A stretch of 64,000 bases of DNA from Octopus sinensis (lineage: Eukaryota): NCBI RefSeq assembly GCF_006345805.1, contig NC_043003.1, positions 36,766,001 through 36,830,000 of the forward strand, read 5' to 3'. A program made the position numbers and the translations under genes. Positions 53,191 through 64,000 of this stretch are shown in pieces. The notes beneath the pieces were generated by a model. The model did no database searches and was not told the DNA's origin. It saw nothing but the letters and a program-made list of their open reading frames with translations. How positions within the stretch are numbered: the stretch's first letter is position 1; each line of letters begins with the position of its first letter.

Positions 53191-53569
53191 ATTTCCTTCG
53201 AAAACGCCTGTCTCTCATAAACTGAGGTATGGTAACGTTCGTCACCAACGTCATCATTATTATTTTTCGTCATCTGATAGTTTCAAGCAACTTTCTATTG
53301 CAGTATTTCTTCACTTTTGTGCTGGTGGGGTGGTTTGAGCTGCATTTCCTTTTTAGTTGGGTTGGATATTGTATTGTATCAGTATGTTTTGTTATGTTTT
53401 GTTATTAGTTTGAGTCTTCTGTTGTACTAGTTTTTGCATTTTGTATTGTTTGTGCAGTGCAGGTTGTGTTTTTTCTGACAGGAATCGGCTTTCTATGGCA
53501 CATGTTGCGGGCTTTGTTCATTTTGTTGGGTTTTTAAAGTATGTCTTTATTCCCATATGTTTTTGTAGC

Positions 53570-53790
53570 GGTGTTACATAGCAGTGTATAAATTATACAT
53601 CAATTATTTCATAATATTTATGGTTATATGTCCATCGGTCTTTCTCTTTTGGTTGGTTTTGTTATGGGTCCGTTTTTACAGCATTTACCTTTTTTAACTA
53701 AGCATCGCCCATAGACATGTGTTGATGTTTCTTTCATAATTATAATTATTATTGATGTGACGGAGAAGAAAAAACAATGAGCACATTTAT
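53570..53790. repeat. Dispersed repeat with an inverted second copy at about 62310-62515
   Basis: GGTTATATGTCCATCGGTCTTTCTCTTTTGGTTGGTTTTGTTATGGGTCCG occurs as its reverse complement near 62435-62482. Confidence 0.85.
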
Positions 53791-54115
53791 AGAGGACTTG
53801 TATAAATATCGATCTATATGTAATTTAAATTTAAAAGTTAAGATTTTACTCACAACAGTTTTCGTATAGAAATATTGCAGTTCATGTGTTTACATTTTTA
53901 TGCACATGTTGCTGTGACGGTGCATCTGAGGAATACTAAATTGTGTATATATACACACTCCATATAAGAAACATCTTCCAGTTTCCTGAGATGGCTTACA
54001 TTAAGGCAAAGTTTTCTTTCATTGTTTTATTGTTTTTGCGGATTGTTTATTCCTGCTTCGCGATGGTTTCATATTTGATCTATGTTCCCGGCAGATCGCT
54101 GTCACACGTTCACGC

Positions 54116-54178
<63 letters not shown>

Positions 54179-54544
54179 GATTATTATACTTATTTTTATT
54201 ATTACTATTACTATTATTATTATTGTTATTGTTGTTGTTGCTGTTGCTATTATTGTGGTTGTACGTTTTGGCTTTTCCACTGTATTTGTACAAGTAGACT
54301 CCGAAAGGCTTGGCAACAAGTTAGAAGTTTAAGACAGTGTTATGACTAGAGAATATCTTTGAAAACATAACAAATTTAGAAGTTTGTTTCGAAAGTAATT
54401 TGATTATAACACGATAGTGTGATGTTAAGACGACAGTAAAAGGTGTTTACTATTATGTAAATTTAAAACTATTTTGACACCGTTTACAGATTAAAATGTT
54501 TTAGAGATTACATATTTTTTACAGGATATGAGCAGTTCCCATGA

Positions 54545-54800
54545 GCATTATTTTTTTAATTTCTTGCATTTTTGGATTTCCTGATATCCAAGATAGGTAA
54601 CAATCAGCTCCTTTGGTCAGCATTCTTAGGGCACCTATGACAAAAGTTATTGTCTTAGTTTTGAGGTCCCACATTTTCCAAATTTCTATTTCAAGATCTT
54701 TATACTTGCTCAGTTATTTGTAGGTCTTGACAGATACATTTATGTCGATTGATACAGTCATATCGATGAGGAGGCATGATTGTTGTTTGAACACCTTCAA
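54545..54800 (-). mobile_element. Older R4/Dong-clade endonuclease remnant
   Basis: CLLIDMTVSIDINVSVKTYK*LSKYKDLEIEIWKMWDLKTKTITFVIGAL. Confidence 0.8.
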
Positions 54801-56493
54801 TATAATGTCTGGCTTATTTGCACAGTAATGCTCCAAAGGACTGAGATGTGATCATTTTCAAGCACTGGAGGTGGTTTGTATCATTATTGTTGCTGTTTTT
54901 GTTATTGTTGTTGTTGTAGTTGCTGCTGCTGCTGCTGTTGTTGCTGTTGTTGTTGTTGTTGTTGTTGTTACTATAGTCAATTCTCTTCTGGAAGAGAGAA
55001 AAAGGGTATTCCATGTACAGTACTCTATAAAAACCAATGCTGATGTGTAGTTCTGTTGCGATATCTGACTGAGGGTAAGCTAAAAATCGTTCAACTTAGA
55101 ACAACCACAAAGTTCCATATTTGGAAGTATTTGGAATTCATGCACTGCTTTCGTATTAGTTTTTCTATGCTAAAAGCAACTGCCTGTGTTGAACGTTTCA
55201 CGTAGTGTGTAATAATTAGTTGTTTGTCATAAATATCTCTTAGTCTAACTCCTTGAATATTCCGATAATTTTTTATAAATTCATCGATAACGGGAATGTT
55301 GATATTGTTTGCAATTTTCATGGCTTTATTTCTGTAGAATTTCAAGCCAATAATCCAACGAGATCTGCTTTCGCAGCTCCATTTTTTACTTCCTGTATTT
55401 GAAACAGCGTTCATATGTCTTTTTAGACACAGTAGGAGTGATCTTGACGTGACGGTGACTTCACTGCTTTCGTAATTATCGAAATCGATAATCTTAGTGA
55501 ATTATATTCCAAAGTTCAGGGCATTCAGAATGAGGGACATCTATACAAGGCATTAGACATTAACCCTATGGAACTGGGTAAATGTCATTACTGCCTTATT
55601 TTCAATATCGATGAACGAATTCATAGTAATGCAATAGCACTTCTAATATAAAAATAAAAATCACCGCCGAATCCCTTTAAAATAATGTCATCTTTAGTGG
55701 AGTTAATCAGCTCATAATTACGGTTGGATAATAATATAGATTCGTCATCCATAAGGGTGATGTTGAGATGCATCTTGTGACAATCCATGCAGTGATAAGT
55801 TCTTTCACTTCATTGTTTACAGAATTTGTAGATTCCAATGTTGCCCTTCTGGTATATAACAGCAATACTAAGAAACCAAATTCTGTTGCATAAATGGTGT
55901 TTGCTTATTGTATATTTTTGTTTTTGTTCTGTTTTTTTTTTGTTTTTGTCTTTTTTTCTAGTAGCAAAATATGAAGTGTAGATTGTCCTGAAACTGGTAA
56001 TCTAATTTTGCAAATTACATAAAAATAGTTTTGTTCAGATTTGAAAATGTTGCTGTTTTAACTGTTAATCAGTCCTGCTTCAAAGTTTTCTACACTTTGC
56101 ATATAAACTAAAGATGTCGGTGGTTTGAAATTTATCAACGGTTGCTGTCATGAAAGAGTCTCCACATGCATCTACTAAATCAGGTATTCCATCCTCTCCC
56201 TGAAATATAATGGAAGCGATGTTGAACATTCAAGCCATAGGAAAGATGAGTGATTTAGTTGGTTCTTCAATAATCATTTTAGTTTTCAAAATAATTATTC
56301 ATTTAAATGATGATTTGCTATATTATTAATGTTTAGTTTTTTGTTGGCTTTTTCTTTCTTTTTTTGCAATTACAGTCAAGACCATGCTATTACAGTCAAA
56401 ACCATGCTATTGATTCGAGCATTTTGCCTAAATATGTCGAGTATGGCCTACTAAAATTTGTACAAAAATGCAGCCCGGATACTGTACACACAA

Positions 56494-56539
<46 letters not shown>

Positions 56540-56765
56540 AAACAGATACACATGAATATATATGTATAAACACACAAACAGATACACATGAATATATATG
56601 TATATATATATAGGTATATATGTATGTATGTATGTATATAAAAACGAACATGCGGAAAAGAGGAAAAATAATGCGCAAAGGATGTGAATACGCTCATCCC
56701 TCAGTAGTTATCGCTCCCAGAATCCTTACAATTTCTATGCCGTATATATGTGTGTGTGTGTGCGC

Positions 56766-56806
<41 letters not shown>

Positions 56807-57489
56807 TGCGTGTGTGTGTGTATGTGTATTATATATATTATATAACTCACTCATGCACGCTCACACATATATATGTATGCTCGTACATACACAAACACAC
56901 ACACACACGCACATATTTGGGCATATATCGTCACAATCGCCAGTATTACTAGCTTTACTATCACTAATATCATCATTATCATCGGCAATATCACAATCGT
57001 TGTCGTCGTCGTCATCGCAGTCACGATCATCGTCGTTATTATTGGTATCGATTTCGTTGTCACAGTCATCATCAAACATTCTCCTGCAGCTTCGTCCAAA
57101 TAAAGAATCCATACCTACTATAATCAGTTTCTCTATCCTAATTATTCCAGCAACGTTCCCAAATGAGTTGCCACAAAACCATCAATACGATTTTAATTTA
57201 GCAAAGTTTGCCGTTATATAAGATTAAACGTAGCTCATGTACACACAGCGGAATAGAATAATTTATATGGTTTCTAGCAAGAACACAAATTAATCATAGA
57301 ACTTTAACATAAAGCAAGATATTAAATACAAATATCGCCTGGTGATATTAACAGTTCTATAACCTTGACATATCACTTTCGACAATCTTCGAAATTGTAT
57401 CCAGGTTCGATTACTCATTTCCCGTGATCCATTTAATAACTGTTACAAACTGCGTGTGTGCTAATTTCTTCATTTACCTTATATTGTTT

Positions 57490-57650
57490 AATTGGTCTCC
57501 GTCAGTGGATTGTGGCTATGATGGGGCACCCCGTTCAAGTGTTTTAGTCGAACGTATCGACGACCATGAATTTATTTTACATAAGCCTCGTATTTATTCT
57601 ATCGATCTTTAGGCTGAACCGTCGTCAAGCGATGATGGGGTCAAACTCAT
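57490..57650 (-). mobile_element. SINE family A, degenerate 3' part
   Basis: GATTGTGGCTATGATGGGGCACC..TTTTAGTCGAAC..TATTCTATCGATC. Confidence 0.55.
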
Positions 57651-57669
57651 AGACAGCTACATATATATG

Positions 57670-57732
<63 letters not shown>

Positions 57733-58605
57733 TATAAAATGAATAATAGAAGAATGATAAGATTACTCCATTACAAAAAACCGTTATCATCAGATGAAAT
57801 GTAATTTTACAAACAAAAGAATCTCCCAAGAATATAGCAGGGATGTGGCTGGAGTCTGTCGAGGCCAACTATAAAATGAGAGAATGTCCAACAAATTTGG
57901 CCGTCGAGGTTAAGAAGGAATATATTTTGTCAAATGGTATAATATGATATCTACGAGTGAGATAGGAGCCTACTTGACTGGTTGTTAGGTAGGTTTGAGT
58001 GGGGTTAGGTCATATTTTCTTATAGTAAGGCTTAGAGCAGTGGGTAGCTGGAAGGAGTCCTAAGATAAATTAAGGATAAAGAATAAAAAAAGACTGCAGA
58101 AGTAAAAGTAAAGAAAAATAAATGCATACAAGCCAATCAGGCATAGGGTCGGGTTTTTGATTCGCTAGCAAGATTAAAGGACAAAGGGAAGAGGGGAGAG
58201 ATACAAAGAATTTAGCGGTATTGGTTGGAAATTGGAGGAGGGTACGAAGGCAATCGAATAATAATGACATCTATCTTTTGAGAAATGAAACTGGAAATAT
58301 GTAGGATGTTGTTTTAGAAACGAATATGTATATAGGTTAATGGGGACCGCTTAAAATATTAGGACATGTTTGCCTGGAGACGGAAAAGCTGGTAGTAATA
58401 GTGGAGTACTACGTATTATTAAGGACCTTAAAGAAAGTAGGGGTTGTATAATAAGCTACACGTAGTACGGAGTTAGAGGAAATACCAAATCGGATATCAA
58501 AGAAAGGCAGCAGTAGGGAGTAGTTTAATGATTAACAGTATGGAATCTTATATAGGTGGCGTTGATATTATTCAATTAGATAGTATAATCATCATTATGT
58601 GAATT

Positions 58606-58653
<48 letters not shown>

Positions 58654-58654
58654 A

Positions 58655-58912
58655 AGGGTGGAAAGGAACACACGAGTTGATATATATGAAAAAACAAATC
58701 AAAAATAGAAAATGCTAAGATGATTTTATAGTGAATCTTTCAGTACCGGTTTCGGTCATTTTGAGACCTTTTCAACTGTAACGATTAAATAATTAAATTT
58801 AGAAAAATTAGAAGAAAAGTTTTTTTAAAAGAATATTTCTGTAGTAGTGTTCAGATATAAGTAGCATTCTGCCTTTCTCTGACTCCCTTGTTTGCACTTG
58901 TGTGTTCGAGGT
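58655..58912 (-). mobile_element. pLTR-like repeat carrying a minimal hammerhead (58738-58781)
   Basis: Homologous to 27455-27712. The minus strand reads CAG-TTGAAAA-GGTC-TCAAAAT-GACC-GAAAC-CG-GTA^CTG. Confidence 0.75.
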
Positions 58913-58939
58913 CGACCTCGAACACACAAGTAAACACTA

Positions 58940-59215
58940 AAAACACCTAAAAGCTCCACGAGGCTCCGGCAGGGGATGGTGGTGATCCCTGCTCTACTCT
59001 TTCACCACAACTTTCTCTCACTCTTACTTCCTGTTCCTGTTGCACCTGTATTTCAAGGGGCCGGCCTTGTCACTCTCTGTGTCACGCTGAATACGTTAAG
59101 GATGCACGTGTCTGTGGAGTGCTCAGCCACTTACACGTTAATTTCACGAGCAGGCTGTTCCGTTGATTCGGATCAACCGGAACCCTCATCGTCGTAACCG
59201 ACGGAGTGCTTCCAC
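58940..59215 (+). mobile_element. SINE family C, 5' truncated
   Basis: Closely matches 31140-31415. Confidence 0.9.
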
Positions 59216-60342
59216 ATATATATATATATAACTTACTTGGAAAAGGATGTGTGGCGTTCGATCATATAATAATATAAATAATATATAAATATATGCATCT
59301 ATATGTATATATACCTATATGTATATATGTATATATACCTACATCTATATGTATATATACATGCATATATGGGTACAGGACATCAAAAAAATCTTTGAAC
59401 ACAAGAGAAACGAAAACATAAAAACAAAAACATGGAAACGAACTATTTTTCAAACAACGAAAAAGCAAAGTACAAGACATACAACACAAAGAGTATTCCC
59501 CTTCTTCAGTTGTCCCTGTTTCGTCTATTCCGCGGTCCGAGTGTAAGGACAAGACGCGACGTCGTTAAAACAATCCTTCCCGTAAAGCAAATTAAATATA
59601 ATTTGGGATTTTTTTTGCGGAGGAGTCAAAGTGGTAACAAGAACTGGACAGTAAGAAGAAAACAAGACAGTAAAAACAATAAAAGTAAAAACAATAAAAG
59701 ATAGAACACAGTGAAAACAAACGGTGAGAGCTGTTAAGCCAAGAAGATGATTACTCTGTTTTTTCGTTGCTTGAAAAATAGTTCGTTTCCATGTTTTTGT
59801 TCAAAATAATTTTTCCATCGTCTTGGCTTAACATCTAGTAGCTAGTTGGAAAAATCTCAATGAGATGAAAGTAGTAACTCTACTAAGAAATGGTATTTAT
59901 CGCCACATCATTATGGCTGTTCGACACTACTGCTGTTTTTAACTCCAGGCAGATCTTCCGCCAGCTGGTTGCCGGTGCAACCTGCACTCTGTATATATTT
60001 ATGACGGATCTCTTTCAGTTTGCAATGTTTCGGTTGATTTTGAGTATTAATATAAGTTACTTGCCGAAGGTGAGACTAACCGAAGATTACATGATTCGAA
60101 AGCTAACTTCTTAGCCCCACAGCAACATGTTTCAACTCAGTGGCATAATTGTTTTTATTAATGCCACTTGTTTCTCATCGTTCGAAAGAGACACCAAACG
60201 GATCCCACAGTCCTGCAAAATTACAAGGACTACTCCTTCCCCCAGGCTCAGCAAGGAAAAAGAAAAGAGAAAACGTATTTACAAGGTAAGTACAAAGGTC
60301 ATCATCATTCATACAATATATTGCAGTAGTATTGCTTGAATA

Positions 60343-60735
60343 TCTTTATATATAAAAGTGAAGTTGTGTGTCTGTCTCCTATGATTTAGATTCCTAACTA
60401 CTCCCACATTTTGCGGTGCAGTTTAACCAAAACCGGGTATCTTATAGTCGTGATTCATATCGAGCCCTTCTGGGTGTTAGCGCGCGTCTACGATGAGTCT
60501 ACGATTTAAAAAAAAAATTACCATCATTTTTTTCATTTTAATGCATTTTTTCGCTATTATATAAGGGAAGTAACTCTCTAAAAATGTCTACGACGAGTCA
60601 ACGATTTTTAAAAAATTTACCATATTTTTTTTCCATTTTTAATGCTTTTTTTGCTATTTTTGGCTATAACACTCTAAAAATGCTTATATAGTTATTTCCC
60701 TTACAAACCCGAGCAACGCCGGGCGATACTGCTAG
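60343..60735 (+). mobile_element. Complete non-autonomous Helitron (393 bp)
   Basis: A|TCTTTATATATAAAAG 5' end, subterminal hairpin CCCGAGCAACGCCGGG (60708-60723), CTAG|T 3' end, and A-T insertion site with no TSD. Confidence 0.88.
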
Positions 60736-61429
60736 TCCCATATAAAAGAAAAACATCAGTGAATGCATTGCCAAAATAAAATTAAGAGAAATGCAGATTT
60801 TCCACGATTAAATATATTTTACAGCACTGTATCACGGAAAATAATCGTATTTGTGACTTGAGTCGTTACCCGTGTTTTTCTGTCTTTGAATGACCGCAAC
60901 TAAGGTAGCAGACATTTTGGTCTAAAGTAGTGATCCTGGAAATTACAGGCGCTGAACTAGATTCAAATCCCTTTTCTGGAATCAAGCTATCACAAGTTTG
61001 TTGTAGGTTATCTTTTGTGCATTCGTGTGGGGAATGGGGGTGTTTGTGTGTGTGTTCGTATTTGTATGTGTTTATGTCCCATGTACGTCTGTATCTCAAA
61101 GAGTACTGTGTCCTTTATAAAAGGCGATACATGAGATTCCCCAGCCTTTCCTTCCATCAGCCTGGTCATTAGCCACTACGTGTTCGATTCGCAATGGTCC
61201 CACTGGAATGGCCTGAGACAACTAAATAAGGATTATGCATGCTTACCCAAGTAACAAGCTACTAGCGCCTTGCAAAGTCAACTTGTTATATCAATTTGGT
61301 CTCCCGTAGTTACTTGAATACAAACACCGTTCTTTCAGTAGCATGTTAATGACATACATACATACATGCATGCTTACATAAATACATGAATATATACACA
61401 CATACCTGCATGCATACATACATGCATGC

Positions 61430-61488
<59 letters not shown>

Positions 61489-62001
61489 CATCTGATGTAG
61501 TAAGTCAAAGATTGGATTTCACAGTTATTTGGAAGTTGCTCAACAGCAATTGTTCATGCTTTGAAGTTATTGATATGTCCCCAAGAGCTTATAAGAGAGT
61601 TGAATATCTATACATTTTACTCAGCGTTTACATAAGATATAGTAGATGTGATGGAAAACTGGTAGTAGTTACATTACACTTAACATAATATCCGATTATG
61701 CAACGCAAGCTCTTGGTAATTTCTTCTTGTTTTATTATCTAACAGTGTTAATTTCTGCTATTATGCTTTTCTTTATGACACTGCATTATTTCTGCTCTTT
61801 TATATCTGTAGTTTACAGAGTTTGACAAGATCATTCCATCAGTGTTCTTTCATCGTATGAGCAAGTTTAATTTCTAATCACAGCAGCTTGAATATTTATC
61901 TTGATTATTTGCTTACATTGTTGCAATGTATCGTCTTTTGACATCGTACCTCGTATGTAACTAAAATTGTGATAGCGGTTATCGAATTAATGTTGGCACG
62001 T

Positions 62002-62111
62002 ATTTCATAATATTTATTTGAGGTTTTCTGATTCACGGAATGGTGTGCATAAAATTTATGCATAACATTCCGTGAATCAGAAAAACTCTAATACATTCAA
62101 ATATTAGAAAT
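62002..62111. repeat. Near-perfect palindrome / hairpin
   Basis: TTTTCTGATTCACGGAATG (62024-62042) pairs perfectly with 62066-62084, and the inner TGCATAAA-A-TTTATGCA is also self-complementary. Confidence 0.95.
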
Positions 62112-62559
62112 CCTGATTATGAGAGTACAACCAAGTTTCCTAAAATTTAGATTTATTTTATTTCACCTGATACTCGTCGTTAATTAATCGAGACATGCGT
62201 TGAATGTTCGTCTCGAATTAATGGTCTTAACTACAGAGAATTGAGGAGGCGAAGGAGTTGATATTAGGTAATGATGCGTTTGGTGTTAGTGAGATGGGAA
62301 GAGACATGTGCTCCTTGTTTTTTCTTCTCGGTCTCTCGCTGATACATCAATAATAATTATAACTATGAAAGAAACATCAACACATGTCTACGGGCGATGT
62401 TTAGTTAAAAAAGGTAAATGCTGTAAAATCGGACCCATAACAAAACCAACCAAAAGAGAAAGACCGATGGACATATAACCATAAATACTATGAAATAATT
62501 GTTTACATACTTATTTCTCTCACAGTAAGACATTCAAATATTAACTTTGTTCTCAATAA

Positions 62560-63200
62560 TATTGGACAGTACCATAGATCTTCTCCATGTTAGTCGAACC
62601 ACCCGAGAGTTATGAATGCAGCTCAACTGTTTCATTTCTTTTGTCTACTATCACTCGACTCTTGAATTCACTTCGTCCACCTGCGACACTTCTCTTAACT
62701 CCTGTGTTATCTCTGATATCATTTGTTCCCATCGATCAGTTCTACTTCAACATTACTACTTCTGCTCTTTTCTACAAACTAACTGATCGCCACTGATATC
62801 TTGACTTCTGTCTCTTCCCATCTCACTAACACCAAACATATCATCACTTAATATCAACTCCTTCACCTCCGCAATTCTCTGTGATTAAGACCATTATTTC
62901 GAGACGAGAGTTCAACGCATGTCTCGGTTACTTAACGACGCGTATGCTCACACGAAATCCATACCCCCATACGCACCCACGAAATCATTCACACAAATAC
63001 CGTCTCACTTCACGCCCGATCCAGCATATACAGTCTTCCTTTTATATCTACCTCACCTCTTCACTGCTCAAGTCAACAGTACTTCAGACTCTTCCAATCC
63101 CAACCGCTCATTTGCCATCTCTACCCCAATCTACCTCGTCTTGCATTTAAAATCACATCTGAATCATACTAGATTTACAATTCAGTATCTGGATTAGCGA
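62560..63200 (+). mobile_element. Penelope-like element, RT C-terminal remnant; part duplicated in inverted orientation at 62174-62308
   Basis: QLNCFISFVYYHSTLEFTSSTCDTSLN, FYKLTDRH*YLDF and DHYFETRVQRMSRLL match the PLE 'HP.L.FT....DTSL.FLD...FYKPTD.H.YL...SSHP' region. Confidence 0.75.
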
Positions 63201-63284
63201 TTCGGTAATAGTAGTAGGCACCATCACTTGGATTTCATTTTCAGTTACCTGGAATTTAGTTTATTGCATTATGTATTATTGTAC

Positions 63285-63897
63285 TTGTTTCAGACATGTC
63301 TGCGGCCATGCAGGGGCATCGCCATCAAGGGTTTAGTCGAAAACAAAAGACCCATGACTCATTTTTTTTTCTAAGCCTAGTACTTATTATATCGGTATCT
63401 TTTGCCAAACCGCTAATTTCCAGAGACACAAACACACCAGCACCGGTTGTCAAGTTATGGCGGAGGAGGGATGACAAACGCGCGCGCGCGAATATATACA
63501 TATATTTCTTTACTACCCACAAGGGGCTAAACACAAAGGGGACAAACAAGGACAGACAAACGGATCAAGTCGTTTATATCGACCCAGTGCGTAACTGGTA
63601 CTTAATTTATCGACCCCGATAGGATGAAAGGCAAAGTCGACCTCGGCGGAATTTGAACTCAGAACGTAACGGCAGACAAAATACGGCTACGCATTTAGCC
63701 CGGCGCGCTAACGTTTCTGCCAGCCTGCCGCCTTATACATATACGAGGGCTTCTTTCAGTTTCTGTCTACTCACAAGGCTTTATTTGGGCCGAGGCTACG
63801 GTATTAGACACATGCCCAACATGCCACGCAGTAGGACTGAATCCGGAACCATTTCGCTTAGAAGCAAACTTCTTGCCACACAGCCACGCATGCGCCT
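63285..63897 (-). mobile_element. SINE family A interrupted by a full-length SINE family B (63503-63731)
   Basis: Family A 3' part at 63285-63480 and 5' part at 63745-63897 flank a complete family B copy in the same orientation. Confidence 0.85.
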
Positions 63898-64000
63898 ATA
63901 TATAAATCAGCAAAGATGCATACATAGATGCATACATGTGCGACTGCATACATATGTACTGATGTGTTTGGTGATAGACATATACGTGAAGTTGCTTTCA

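Noticed and set aside
55090-56300. Old I/Jockey-like LINE on the minus strand
   Set aside because: There is only vague resemblance (NIPVIDEFIK) and no clear RT motif, so I cannot support it without a profile search.
57860-58570. LINE-derived coding relic suggested by strong purine skew
   Set aside because: No recognisable motif in the minus-strand translations I checked.
59480-59520. Hammerhead from CTGAAGA-AGGGG/CTCTT on the minus strand
   Set aside because: Stem II is not followed by GAAA, and the nearby GAAAC lies upstream with no room for stems.

Overview
This is an AT-rich, microsatellite-dense eukaryotic window. The SINE repertoire and the (TA)n/(TAGA)n/(CATA)n load look like an Octopus genome (inference from recalled repeat families). 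I found no convincing host protein-coding gene, and most listed ORFs are translations of simple repeats. The window is a mosaic of tRNA-derived SINEs (four families) and LINE remnants (RTE, an L1/Tx1-like 3' end, and (TAA)n-associated R4/Dong elements with a restriction-like endonuclease). It also holds Penelope-like elements (GIY-YIG and RT remnants, pLTR-like repeats), mariner relics and Helitrons. The most interesting signal is a 492-bp tandem array (about 2.8 copies, 51021-52421) embedded in (TA)n. Each unit junction forms a type I hammerhead ribozyme (ATTTCTTA-CTGAAGA-ATCTG...CAGAT-GAAAC-GGTGCATC-GTA^TAAGAAAT). It therefore looks like a non-LTR retrozyme that would release a 492-nt, highly structured, circularisable RNA. 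Several other hammerhead motifs are scattered through the window, including a minimal variant with a compensated U3-A8 core. There are also several long palindromes or fold-backs and a near-identical 1.57-kb tandem duplication bounded by (TA)n.
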